Assembly (NCBI GenBank): GCA_965603825.1 | Contig: CBFDEM010000064.1 | Span: 1 to 64,000 of the forward strand | DNA: 64,000 bases | Direction: 5' to 3' | DNA from: Blepharisma stoltei ATCC 30299 | Taxonomy: Eukaryota; Protista; Ciliophora | Shown here: in pieces, positions 41,057 through 52,912 of the stretch | How the letters are laid out: the number at the start of each line of letters is the position of its first letter | How positions within the stretch are numbered: the first letter of the stretch is position 1 | Position numbers and translations under genes: made by a program | The notes under the pieces: generated by a model | Seen by the model: only the letters and a program-made list of their open reading frames with translations | The model's database searches: none | Told to the model about the DNA's origin: nothing

Positions 41057-41698
41057 ATGGCAGGCAATCTGGAGGAAGAAGAATACGATTATCTCTTCAA
41101 AATCGTACTCGTAGGAGAAAGCGGTGTCGGAAAATCCAACATCCTGTCAAGATTTACCAAAAACGAGTTCAACCTTGAAAGCAAAGCCACAATTGGAGTA
41201 GAATTTGCAGCTAAATGCATCCAGCACGAAGGCAAAGCTATAAAAGCACAGATCTGGGACACAGCTGGGCAAGAGCGCTTCAGAGCAATTACTTCTTCTT
41301 ATTATAAAGGCGCAATGGGCGCTCTCTTAGTTTATGATATTTCGAAACATGCGACATTCGAAAATTTAGACAGGTGGGTCAATGAGGTCAGGTCATTTAC
41401 TCAGCCAGATTTAGCAATAATTTTGGTTGGAAATAAGTGTGATATGGCCTATGCTAGAGAAGTGGCTCAAGATGAAGCTATTAGGTACGCCCAACAACAA
41501 AAAATCCCATTTTTTGAAACAAGTGCTTTGGACTGCACCAATGTAGAAGTGGTGTTTAGGGAACTGCTTATTACTATTGCAAGGCGAACTGATGCAAGTT
41601 TTGATACGAAAGGAGCTGATAAAGTAGATATTTCAAAGATTAATACGATTAAGCTGGGAACTGTGGAGAAAAAGAAGAAAGGATGCTGTAAGGGTTAA
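41057..41698 (+). CDS. RAB11: Rab11-family GTPase
   Basis: [54 protein letters not shown]. Confidence 0.95.
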   Translation: MAGNLEEEEYDYLFKIVLVGESGVGKSNILSRFTKNEFNLESKATIGVEFAAKCIQHEGKAIKAQIWDTAGQERFRAITSSYYKGAMGALLVYDISKHATFENLDRWVNEVRSFTQPDLAIILVGNKCDMAYAREVAQDEAIRYAQQQKIPFFETSALDCTNVEVVFRELLITIARRTDASFDTKGADKVDISKINTIKLGTVEKKKKGCCKG

Positions 41699-41829
41699 TT
41701 AAATCATTAATTATAATATTGAGGGAAGAATTATGGCTAATATGAAGACAAAGATATGCAAAGAAAATTTGATATTGGCAAATAATATTATAGAAAAACC
41801 ATAAGAAGTGTTTTTAAGTAACTAGTTAG

Positions 41830-42205
41830 CTAAGCCTTAGTTTTTGCTGTTAAAATTTCCTTTTTCAAGTCTTCAATCACCCCTGTTAAATGGGATGATA
41901 AAGCTTCATAGCTATTTGGGAGCGACTCAAGCTTGCTATTCACGTTTTTACTGTATAGAATATTACTTCACGAATTGTCCAAGCTTCAAGAAAAAGCCTG
42001 ATTTGAAGTTGACTGCAGGCTGAAGATTTCCTTGGGTATCGAATGAAAGCTCTCTTTCATCTTGCCCTTCTTTCACTTTACTATAGAAAGCATTATATTT
42101 GTCAAAGGCAGCCTTCTTTCTTGCAGCTTGTTCTAGACACCTATGAGCATCTTTATAGACTTGGAGGAAACTTTTAGCTTCAAAGAATTGATCTTCAGAT
42201 AGCAT
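41830..42205 (-). CDS. Small hypothetical protein or gene fragment with a 16-nt intron; ATG-less duplicate at ~40291-40740
   Basis: Intron 41951-41966 (gtaatattctatacag) restores the frame to TAG 41830-41832. Confidence 0.6.
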
Positions 42206-42831
42206 ATTTATTAGAAAATGTCTTTATTGCTTCATGAGCTTAGATGAGTTTTCAGTAAAATTAATTTAGCTTTATTATATAAAATTATTTTAATTATTTA
42301 ATTAGAAAGCGTTTAATTTTCAATAAGTTATAATATAAATAAAGAAATTGGTGTGCCATCAATAGTAATTGTCTTAATGATGCCTTATCAGTAGTTAGTT
42401 ATATATTTTCAATAATTTATATAGTGATTAAATTATTTGCTTTTATGATTTGATAGAAATTCTTCTAATGAGTTAAAAATAATTGACATTATAAATATTT
42501 CTTCACTCAGCAACAACTTGCTGACATTTTTACAACTAGGCAAAGTCCCTTCCCTCGATGTCAATTCTTATATTCTTTCTATTATAGAGCTAGTAAAACA
42601 AATCTTTTCCACTAAAAGAAAGCCTACCCTGCTCACAACCTCCTAAAAATTTTTCTAAAAATAAAAAAAAATTGTAACAGAAACAATTCCAGCTAAAAAT
42701 TTGGCTCATTCTTTTCAACAAGTTTTTCCCTCTTCACTTCACTCCTCTTCCACTCTTTTAATTTCGTTTAATTATTTAAAATTTCTTTCACAGTTTAATT
42801 GAGAAATGAGATTTAGATATTAGTTTTATTA

Positions 42832-43194
42832 ATGGTAGGGTGGAAATTTGAACTGTTTGACTGTCAAGAAAACTACTTTATGTTTTTCTGGTCACTTTGC
42901 GTCCCTTGTGGATACCACTGCATGCAAATGCTCAATGCCAAACAGGCAGAACCAAATAACAGGCATGCATCTTTACGAGCCTACTCGCTAGTTCTATTCC
43001 TGGGATGTTTGGGTGGCTCATTAAATCGGCATATGCTCAGGCAGTCAATGAAGATTGAAGACAACTCGATTTGGGATTTTATTCATTGTTTAGTTCCATG
43101 CTGCGCTGTGACACAAGAATGGATGCACGTTATGAGCATTCAAAAAGGAAACTCTAAGCTTAAGATCACTGAGCTTAAGGTGAATCGCATATAA
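42832..43194 (+). CDS. PLAC8 / Cys-rich family protein
   Basis: WKFELFDC, LCVPC, R..LRQ...I, DFIHCLVPCCAVTQE. Confidence 0.85.
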   Translation: MVGWKFELFDCQENYFMFFWSLCVPCGYHCMQMLNAKQAEPNNRHASLRAYSLVLFLGCLGGSLNRHMLRQSMKIEDNSIWDFIHCLVPCCAVTQEWMHVMSIQKGNSKLKITELKVNRI

Positions 43195-43656
43195 AATATT
43201 TAACTGGAGTAATTAAGACAATTCTTAAATTCGACGTTTTAAAATCATACCATTTTGCCTGAAAACCAAAATCGTCAGGCAAGTCAGACCATGATGATAT
43301 TTTAAATAAAATTTGAGAAAGAATTGTCGTAATCAGCTGCTTATCACATGATACCTTATCCCAAAATTAAATTATTAATTTCTGAAAAGATTTTTTAGGC
43401 TTTTTTATAATTTGCTTAATTTCTTTACAATAAGAAATAATACTCTTATTTACTTATTAAAATTCAAAATAACTCAGCATGCCTTACCAATGCAAGATTC
43501 TCATAATTTATAATTATAAGCAAAAGCCCTTCAATCCCAAAAGAAAATTTGTTTCCTATATATAGTTCCTTCTAAACATTAATCAGAAAATAATTATATG
43601 TCCTTTTAAATTTAATAATGATGATATTTATCTTTTTTAACCTCACGCTAAATCCT

Positions 43657-43983
43657 TTAATGCTGATTTAACAATGGATTTTTCCGATATCTCAGTCCAC
43701 ACCATTTGCACACTTCTGGCTCATTTTGCTCTACTTTATTAAGCAATATATAAACCATCGGGTGCCCTAAGCCTATGGTTTTGACCCCAGTACATCTGAC
43801 AATATCATCGTCTACCAGAATTGGGCTCATTTTCCAGATCCACTCTTCCCCATTTGTCAAATGTGTCAATTTGCTTGCTTGATGGGGTTGTGTTATATCC
43901 ACAGGATTCCCATCAATATCTTTCATAAAGCTTGGCTCTCCAAATTTTGAGATCTGCTGCAAGTATTTTGTGAAAAATTTCAT
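43657..43983 (-). CDS. NDUFS6: Complex I 13-kDa zinc-finger subunit (zf-CHCC)
   Basis: VRCTG...LGHPMVYI...VCKWCGLRY. Confidence 0.85.
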   Translation of the reverse strand: MKFFTKYLQQISKFGEPSFMKDIDGNPVDITQPHQASKLTHLTNGEEWIWKMSPILVDDDIVRCTGVKTIGLGHPMVYILLNKVEQNEPEVCKWCGLRYRKNPLLNQH

Positions 43984-44014
43984 GAAATTAACAAATTAAT
44001 TAAATTATTTTGCA

Positions 44015-45760
44015 TTATTCATCTTGATTTAATACACTGCTTATGGTTGAATAAATCAGCTCAAAATCAGGCCGCTTGGAAGGGTCGACATTCCAGCAGC
44101 TTTGCATTAGCATCCTCAAATGATGGTCAAGGCCTTGTGGGATTACAGGTCTGCATGTGTCCCCGACCACGATTTTTTTTAAGTTTGGCAGAGTGACTCC
44201 TGGGAATGGCTCCTCTTCTGTAAGAAGCTCCCATAGAATTATTCCAAAACTATAGGCGTCGTCACTTTTTTGAGCTTTTGTTACTACAGAGCCTGTGTCG
44301 CTCAAAACTTCAGGAGAACTTCAAGCACTTTTATTGACGTACCCTGCGACTAGTCCTGCATATTTTTTTAGCACGTCAAAACCTAGGTCACTTATAAAGG
44401 TATTAAAATTTTCATTAAATAGCACATTGTGGGACGAGAGATGACCATGAATTCTTCCTTTATTATGGAATTCTTTTATACAAAATGCAAGCTCGCTGGC
44501 GAAAACCAATTTTTGATGAATAGGAAAATGCCGTTTTTGGTCATGCAAAAGTTCATATAGAGAGAAATTTGACATATAAGCGGAAATTATTTTTAGAGAC
44601 TTGTCGTCTACTAAGCTGCCAATGATCCCGTTATAGTGCTTATTTTTGAAATATCTTAATGAGGAAATTTCTGCGTCAATTGTTTCTAAGACATATTTAC
44701 TGACTTGGGTAAGGTTAAGCTTGCGGACTGCAACATTGGCCCCACGCAAAGTTCCAAAGTGAAGAGATCCGAGCTTGTTAGGAATTTCAGAAATAGCCAT
44801 TTCAATCCTTAAGTCGTCATTTGTGAGACGAGTATGGCTCGCATTAGCACTGGTAAAAACACCTTCAGACTCCTCAGGGACTGTATCAACGCTTTGCATG
44901 TTGTCGAATGGAGTCATTAGAGATGTATGCTCACTGTCACTTTTTCTTGTGAAAATATTAAAAAATGAACTTTCCAATATCATTACGTAACATAAAATTT
45001 CTGATATCAAGTCAATTAGCAAAATAACACTTGGGACTACATCGTCAACTGAGACTTCTTTAATTTCATTGCTTTCTTCTATTAAATCTCCAGGTCTCAT
45101 GATGTAAAGTGTAGCATGTGAGAATCTGCCAAGAGTCCATATGATGGTGACTGCTATAATTTTTCTTAAGGACTTCTGAGATCTTAAGCTATTATAAGGA
45201 AGTCCTGAATATTTGACTTGCAAATATATAATACCAGCTAGCACTATAGCAATAGCTATATAGCAGCAAATGCTCTGTTGGATGACCATATCTGCTGGGT
45301 ATAACTTTTCGAGTAAAATAATGCCATAAAGGAGAAATTCAATAAAAATCCAAAAGCATAAGCCATACATAGTAATTCTTCCTACTAAATATAGTGAACA
45401 TTTGTTTTTTCATAGAGCCTCATCTGCTCTTATTCTCGTGTGGATATTAGCTGTGATAAAAACTCAAAAGAGGATGATATAGGCAACTATTAAAAGTTCA
45501 CCAGGCAGAGAAAGTAGCACAAAAATGATATAGGAACTGCTTTCTTTATCCCTAGAAGGGAATATAGTAATATATCAGAAGCTTATTAGCCGGATAAAGA
45601 CAACAATTAGTTGTAAAATATAGAGCAACTTGGCGTATTTTCAAATGGCTAAGAATTTCCTTGAAACATAAGTTCTAAAGACGGTGTAAATAAAGATACA
45701 TGTGTAGATGAGAGAAAGGACTAGAAATATTAAAAAGAGAGATGTATCGCCTTGTGACAT
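44015..45760 (-). CDS. ~7-TM domain fused to a TKL-type pseudokinase, 581 aa
   Basis: Single frame from ATG 45760 with several TGA-Trp codons. About seven hydrophobic segments, then VAVRK, HGHLSSHN, DLG, W(TGA)SSPE, DAYSFGIILWELLT. Confidence 0.82.
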
Positions 45761-45789
45761 TTATAGATAGCGTGGCTATTTTTATAAAT

Positions 45790-46491
45790 ATGAACTCAAA
45801 TGAGTTTCTAGCAGACCATGAACTTGGATTTAATGTTGATAAAGGAAACTTGAATAATTTTAGTCAAAAAATACCTCAAAACCTAACTAATTCCCAACAA
45901 AGTCCTGAAGTAATTAAAAGTGACCTTTTGAAATTGCAAGAAAAAATTTCCTCACTTGAGTCTCGTCTTCAGCCATCCCATCAAAGTTCGCAAATTATTT
46001 ATTGCCCAAAAGTTGAAATAAAAAAGACCAAACATTCAGCTTCAAGTTCTCTTTTGAAAAGTTTTGAAAGAGAAGAGAGGGAGCTTGAAGAGCTCGAAAG
46101 AAGCATAACGTCGACGCCAAGTAAAAAAAGTTCAGCATCCCTTAATGCGGTTTTAGATAGGCTCAGGACTGATTTGCTTAATCAGAGGCAAAAGAATGTA
46201 AAGCTTAGAAAATCAAACGATGGGCTGAAAAAAATGTTAAATCATAGGGAAGATTTGCATGCAAAATTAGCGATGCTCCAAGAAGATCATTACACACTGA
46301 TACAGTCTTTTGAGAGATCTGAGAATATTAGGAATAAGCAAAAAGAAATGATTGAGTCTTTAAAAAATGAAATTTTGGAATATGAAGCTGCTGAAAATGA
46401 GAAAGGAGAACAGAAAAAGCCTAAGAAAAAAAGGCCTATTATACCAAAACCAAAAACAAAACGACTTTACTCATGTGTTAATTATAATTAA
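45790..46491 (+). CDS. Coiled-coil hypothetical protein
   Basis: Heptad-rich ORF. Likely start is ATG 45790, because the ATG at 45742 overlaps the opposite gene. Confidence 0.7.
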   Translation: MNSNEFLADHELGFNVDKGNLNNFSQKIPQNLTNSQQSPEVIKSDLLKLQEKISSLESRLQPSHQSSQIIYCPKVEIKKTKHSASSSLLKSFEREERELEELERSITSTPSKKSSASLNAVLDRLRTDLLNQRQKNVKLRKSNDGLKKMLNHREDLHAKLAMLQEDHYTLIQSFERSENIRNKQKEMIESLKNEILEYEAAENEKGEQKKPKKKRPIIPKPKTKRLYSCVNYN

Positions 46492-46891
46492 ATTATTAAA
46501 AAATTACATCAAATAAGCCTTCTTGCAGCACTTGATAACGAGTTTTATACCAAAACATCAGAAATGATCTTATATGATCATGCTGAACTACGCCATTTTA
46601 GTTTTGGAGTTTCTTTTTAATTCCTCAATCAATAATACTATCAATTCTTCTCTGTTTTCAAATTAGTCTTAAAATATCACTCAAAGCAATTTTAATTAAT
46701 ATAATCCTGCAATTAAATCCAAAAATTTACCTTATTTATTATATAGATTTCATATTTTCCTATATATAGCACTCCTCAAAATGCTCACTTTGCTATACTC
46801 ATCTTAATGCAAACCAAAAGCTTTTCCTAGCCATAATCATAAAATACTTAAAATGATTGAAAATCAACAACATGAAACTACTTTATAATAA

Positions 46892-49800
46892 ATGTCCAAT
46901 ATGCGATATGTAATTTCAACATAGGCTGCTATATGGTCCCCGCGAAATCTCCCATCCACTGCAGACCTCCCCATCCCCACCATATATTCCTTACCAAAAG
47001 CCAGTATTAAAACTTTCCACGTCACTGACAATTTAGCAGTTGCCTTGACAGAAAAAGGAAAATTATGAGAATTAAAAACCAAAGAGGAAGAAAGCAAAGA
47101 TACCATAAGGCGCATTAAAGTCCCAATTGAAGTAAAACAATTATCAATAAACGAAAACGCAGGACTTTTTATAGGCAAAACAGGCGGCGTCTACGTATGA
47201 GGAAAAGACGTCAATCAAGATGGGATTTTTGGGATCCCAAATTTATATGAAATTCCAACCCCAACCCCAATTGACCTACTTTCTGATGTATTTGCCGTCA
47301 ATGGAGCTATTGGGACAAGCCACGCTGCCATTATTGACAGAATTGGGCATCTTTATACATGGGGAACTGGCGATTGCGGGCAGCTGGGCTCTGTCGCTTT
47401 TTCTTGTTACAGCCAGGAGCCGACACTTGTGGAGAGTGCCAAAATTTTCAGTGCTAAACAGGTAATTTGTGGAGAAAGCTTCACATGTATCTGCACTGGA
47501 GGAGGCTATGTATATTTATATGGGTCGATAGGCACTTGTCATTCTAATGCAAAAGGAGCGCCTCGCCAAAACTTGTTAAGAAGCTTTTCCCCGACATTTA
47601 AAAAGGATAATACAGGAAATTACCCTTATACTTTGCCAGAGCTTGAGCATCATTTTACAACTCAAGTTACATCAGGCAGTGGCTTTATTTCAGTGTTGAC
47701 TGACACAGGGGAGGTTTTTACTTTTGACGAATGTATGGACCTAGTCAAGATGCCAGCAGGATCGAAAAGTACAGTAAAAATAATTTCGAGTACCAAGAAT
47801 ATTATATATGGAATTGCAAAAGAAGACGGAGAAGATGTGCTATATGAGTGAAGGGAAAGTTTTCAAGAGAGACTGAGCAGCTATGAGCTTTTAGGCTGCA
47901 ATTTAGTGAACTGGACAGGCAGGATATATATTATTGATGAAATGTTTTCGAAATTCCCAACACTAGGTAACTCTATAGGAAATTATATGAGCATAATTTA
48001 TGAATTTGAAAATAATGCGCCCATGAAGCCGGTTGGAAAATACTTGTCAACAATGATGCCTTATAAAAGGTCAGAATATGCTAAAAAACTGATAAGTTCT
48101 GCACAAGATTCGCTAGATATGAGGATTATAAGCCCAATTCCAAGTCCGAGGTTTGGGGAGAGGTCTGGAGCTGTATCTCCAACTTATTTATCCCAAGGAA
48201 GTCCTATACCAAACTGTCATAAAAGTTATGATGATTTGGAAAGGCTTTATCCGACTGGAGATAACACAAAAACTATCGGAGCAATTGTGAAATGCAGAAT
48301 TGAATATGACGCCAGAGAAAAAATATTGAGGGCGTTCCAGCCGGTTGTATTGCCAATAGTGGAAGAATTTATGCTGAGACTAAAAGAATACGGCTTTATG
48401 ATAATAATGTATAAGCGGACTATAGCAGCTACCACGATCCCTAATATAATTATCAAAATATTCCAAAGGTTTCATGTAGTCTCTTTATCTTCTGGATTTC
48501 AAGCTATCAGAAATTTTTCGAATAAAAAATTATTGAATATGATAGAAATTCAGAGAAAGGAAATAAATTCAAAAATCAAAAGGGAAGAAGCCGTCAAAAG
48601 CCTCAGCTATGATTTAGGGAAAATATTTTTAAAAAGGATACAGCACGGGTTTAGCCAGCTGAAAAAGCTTGAAATGATTAATTATCAGCAAAGATGTGCG
48701 GCTTTATCCCTTAAACAATTTATTTCAGAAATTGTGTATTTTGAGCTGAAAAAAGCGTTTTCGGAAATAAAAAACCAAGAAATCATTCCAAAAATTAAAT
48801 TGGAGACGCATATGAAGGAAGTTCAGATACAAAAAGAAGACAGTACTAAAAAAATATGCAAGGTGCTGAAAAAGAGGCAAAATTCCAATCTTTTAGAAGT
48901 TTTAAGAATTCTAAAGCATCTAGATTGGAGTCTTGTAGACAAGAGGAATGCAGTGGCAAGGTTAGACAGCACCTTAAAGGGTATTTTTAAACGCATAACC
49001 AATGACCATTTTACAGAACTTAAAGAAATTAATTTTTCCTCAATGCAAATAGAAAAAAAAGAAATTGGAATAAGCATGGTTCTTGAAGAAAATATTAGAA
49101 ATTTTGATGGAATTTTTAAAAAAATGCTTATTAGGCAGCTTCAGTATGGATTTGGCTTGTTGAAAAATTTGAAACTGAAATTTTATCAAGAAAAATGTTC
49201 CCTTCTTTCACTTAAACAAATTTTATCTGAAATTGTTTTCTTTACTATTCGTAGCGCATTTGCCGAAATGAAAAACTTCGGATATTCTTTATCAATAAAT
49301 AGTGTCGATATGCAAAGCAAAGAAAGCAACGCTAATTTCACCCAAGAAGAAGTAGCCAAAAAATTAGCCTTATCTCTAGAAAAAATTAGCCTCAGGGCAC
49401 GTCAATTTGGTTTCAGCTTTTTTAAAAATGTGCAGCTAAACTATTATCAAAAAAAATGTGGAATTTTATCATTTAACAATATTTTCAGAAAAACTGCATA
49501 TGCGAATATGAGAATTGCGTTCGATAAATTTAAGGATAATAAAATAAGCAAAAGCCGTCATGTTTTATTGCAAGAACAGTCAGAAGCCTTAAAAAAGCTC
49601 GACGTAATCATATGAAATGCCAACATGAACCAAGCTGACTATGGATTTCGACAATTAAAAAATTCAGTCTACTCCCATCAAAGGCATATTGCACTGCCAT
49701 CAATGCAAATCCTCAAAATCGAAAACTTAGAGCAGCATCCTTCTTCCAAGTCTTATGATTATATGAACGAATATTGAAGAAGCCATAACAGTACTCCAGG

Positions 49801-50131
49801 AATAAAAAATAATCCTAAAAAATTAAAATTTATAGTCAAAAAAAATGAGAGACCGCCCTGGAAGCCCACAAGTATATCATCTGGGTTTGTGCCAATCAGA
49901 AAAGTTGATGTAAGTCCTACAAGTCTGAGGCTAAATTATGACAGTGAGCTTAAGGTAAGAAAACAAAGGATACATGAAAAGAAAAGCATAATGCAGGTAC
50001 AGTCAGAGGAAAACTCTTGCATTAAGACTAATATTACGAGGAGTAGGTTTAGTAAGTATGAAAATGATCCAGTGTTCCAAAACTGCATAAAGAATTTAGA
50101 AAGCGGAAGATGGAGGGAACAAGTTAATTAA
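46892..50131 (+). CDS. RCC1-repeat protein with a long helical repeat C-terminus, ~1074 aa
   Basis: Intron 46910-46924; GGVYV-W(TGA)-GK, GHLYTWGTGDCGQLG, VICGESFT. ORFs at 47429, 47906 and 49889 share one frame. Confidence 0.8.
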
Positions 50132-50158
50132 TTCTTGCAGGCAAAACAGAGTTAAATA

Positions 50159-50959
50159 TTAATTTTTTGGAATTTCGTTGAAAGGAATCCATGATGAATC
50201 TTCAAGAGGAATTCCTTTTTTGTTAGTCTGAATTGCAGTAAAATTAGAAAAATCTCGTTTCTGTTCAGTCCATTTTTGTATTACTTCGAGATTCAGAGGT
50301 CCTACAATTCCTTGTGGGCCTTTCAGTTTTCAATATACATCTGTGTCTAAATCATCTAAAGTTCAGCTATAAACATCGTCGATCCCTTCACCTATTAAAT
50401 CGCTTGTTGCTTTCACAAGTTCATTGAATTCAGATAAATTTTTATCATCTTTTGTATCAGTCTCAGCTTGACTTTTCCTAACATTTTTCTTGAAATTCTT
50501 TTTTAAGGCAACTGGACCTCTGAGCCTTGTTAAGGCTTGGCTTACAGCTTCTCCTTGTTTCAGCATTCTTTTAATAATGTTTTTAACTTCAGAAACATTG
50601 ATTTCTTTAGTTTGGTTTACTTCTGGCTTTTTTACAGGCTTCGCAAGTTTGAGATCATCAATTGTATCTAGTCAAAAGTCATTTCTTTCTTCTCTATCCT
50701 GCCTAGACATGGCTTCTTTTGTTTCAGCGAAACTCTGGGCTTCTCTTTCTGTTTTTAAATTAAAAGGCTCAAGTTCTTCATCTGAGCAATCTTCTTCAGC
50801 TTCTTTTGTGTCTTGGTATCTGTCTTCTCAAAACTCTTTGACTAAGTCAATTTCGTCTTTTTTAAACTTTTTCATAGGATTTCCTTTTCTCATGAGCTCA
50901 GGGTAGTCGGACTGCATTCTTTGCCTTTTTCTCAGTTCTCGGCATGTTTCAGGATCCAT
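50159..50959 (-). CDS. CD2BP2/Lin1 (U5-52K)-like protein with a divergent GYF-type C-terminus
   Basis: LEPFNLKTERE, GEAVSQALTRL, W-KLKG...VGPL...IQKW; open with TGA=Trp. Confidence 0.72.
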
Positions 50960-51054
50960 TTATAAATTTAAGAAAAACATAATTTTTAATTTAAATTAAA
51001 TTTTCATAGACCTCTAACATCTATAAATTAGGCTTTTATTAATAATTAAACAAG

Positions 51055-52707
51055 ATGGCAACTATAAGAGCTGCGCAGCGGTATGGCGCGATTATTATTG
51101 GTGGCGGACATAACGGCTTAGTAGCAGCAAACTACCTCGCTAAAGCTGGCATCAAAGTTTTACTGCTTGAGCGTAGAAATATAATAGGCGGCTGTGCAGT
51201 TACCGAAGAAATTATCCCAGGCTTCAAATTTAGCAGAGCATCCTACGTTTACAGTCTTTTCCGCCCTCAAATCATTTCTGACCTAAACCTGCATAAGCAC
51301 GGCCTTGAGCTCCTACCAAGAGTTCCTTCCTCTTTTACCCCAACTCCTCAGAAAAACGGCAACTATTTACTACTAGGAGCCGGTGAAGAAGCCGACATCG
51401 CAGAAATTGCTAAATTCAGCCAAAAAGACGCAGAGGCATATCCCAAATATAACGTCCTCATGGAAAAATACAGTGCAGCCATAAGACCTTTATTAGATCG
51501 GGCTCCTCCTGATCTCGGTTTATTTTTCACTAAAAATTCCTCATTCAAAAAGCGAAAAGACAATTTTTCCGATTTAATTGCATTTGCCTGGCATCTTACG
51601 AAGCTTGGAAAAGACTTGCCTGGGTTTATAGAACTAGTAACAGGCCCAGCGAATAAGTTTTTGGACCGATGGTTTGAATCGCCGATCTTAAAAGCGACTT
51701 TAGGGACTGATGCAATTATTGGGGCTATGCTTTCTCCATCAAGCCCTTATAGTGCTTATGTATTGCTGCATCATGTAATGTGTGGGGTCTGGTGCAATGT
51801 AAAAGGAGGAATGGGAGGTATAAGTCAAGCATTGGAAAAAGCAGCATATGAAAATGGGGTCGAAATCAGAACAGAGGCTCCTGTAAGGAAAATTTTAACG
51901 GATAACACAAATCAGCCAGTTGCATACGGGGTGGAGCTGGAAAATGGAGAAAAACTGTTTTCTAATGTAATTTTAAGCAATGCGGCGCCTTTTATCACTT
52001 TTTCTAAACTTTTAGATACAGAAACAAAGAAAAAGCTTCCTAATGACTTTATGGCAGCGATCAGCACGATAAACCACACTTCATCAAGCTGCAAAATAAA
52101 CGTCGCAATTGATAAGCTGCCGAATTTCTTATGTGCTCCACATACTGATGAAATCAAAGGAGGCCCTCATCATAGAGGAACAATTCATTTTGAGACTTCG
52201 CCATCACAGATTGAAGACGCTTATCAAGACGGAGTCACTGGAATCCCTAGCAGGCGGCCTGTGATTGAGCTAACCCTCCCGTCAGTTGTAGATCCTACTA
52301 TAGCACCCAAAGGAAAACATGTCGCTTTAATGTTTGTTCAATATGTGCCTTATGCATTAAAAAATAATCAGCCTTGGACACAGGTACTGAAAGAAGAATT
52401 TGCTGATAGAGTTTTTTCAGTCATTGAAGAATATGCGCCTGGGTTTAAAAAGAGCATCATAGGGAAGCCTGATATTTTGACTCCTGTGGATTTGGAAGAA
52501 ATTTATGCTATACCTGGGGGAAATATATTCCATGGGTCTATGTCTTTGGATCAGCTGTTCTTTTCAAGGCCTGTTCCTGGATGGGCGAGATATGAAACTC
52601 CTGTAGGGAATCTGTTTAATTGTGGAGCTGGAGCGCATCCTGGAGGAGGAGTTATGGGAGCGGTGGGGAGGAATTGTGCTCAAATGGTGTTAAAACAAAT
52701 AAAATAG
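51055..52707 (+). CDS. PYROXD2: FAD-dependent oxidoreductase, PYROXD2 / phytoene-dehydrogenase-like
   Basis: IIGGGHNGLVAA, GGCAVTEEIIPGFKFSRASY, GGNIFHG, HPGGGVMG. Confidence 0.93.
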   Translation: MATIRAAQRYGAIIIGGGHNGLVAANYLAKAGIKVLLLERRNIIGGCAVTEEIIPGFKFSRASYVYSLFRPQIISDLNLHKHGLELLPRVPSSFTPTPQKNGNYLLLGAGEEADIAEIAKFSQKDAEAYPKYNVLMEKYSAAIRPLLDRAPPDLGLFFTKNSSFKKRKDNFSDLIAFAWHLTKLGKDLPGFIELVTGPANKFLDRWFESPILKATLGTDAIIGAMLSPSSPYSAYVLLHHVMCGVWCNVKGGMGGISQALEKAAYENGVEIRTEAPVRKILTDNTNQPVAYGVELENGEKLFSNVILSNAAPFITFSKLLDTETKKKLPNDFMAAISTINHTSSSCKINVAIDKLPNFLCAPHTDEIKGGPHHRGTIHFETSPSQIEDAYQDGVTGIPSRRPVIELTLPSVVDPTIAPKGKHVALMFVQYVPYALKNNQPWTQVLKEEFADRVFSVIEEYAPGFKKSIIGKPDILTPVDLEEIYAIPGGNIFHGSMSLDQLFFSRPVPGWARYETPVGNLFNCGAGAHPGGGVMGAVGRNCAQMVLKQIK

Positions 52708-52912
52708 GATTTAATGCTAGCTAAAATAATAATAATTTTTTAAATATCATTAAAATTGATATAATCAATTGGTTAGTTTTCAATTTTTATAATTTATTTT
52801 TGTAAAATCTCTCTGCTAATGACTTATTAATAGACATTTAAAATTATCTTTAGCATTTATTTCCTTTCATAAATAATTGATTGAATTAGGCCCCTAAAAT
52901 AATATAGGAGAA

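Larger units (their letters stand above)
39436..42615. repeat. Tandem segmental duplication (~1.5-1.65 kb unit; Rab offset 1524 nt)
   Basis: 39436-40960 aligns with ~40958-42615, covering the Rab gene, a minus-strand gene and the spacer. Confidence 0.9.
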
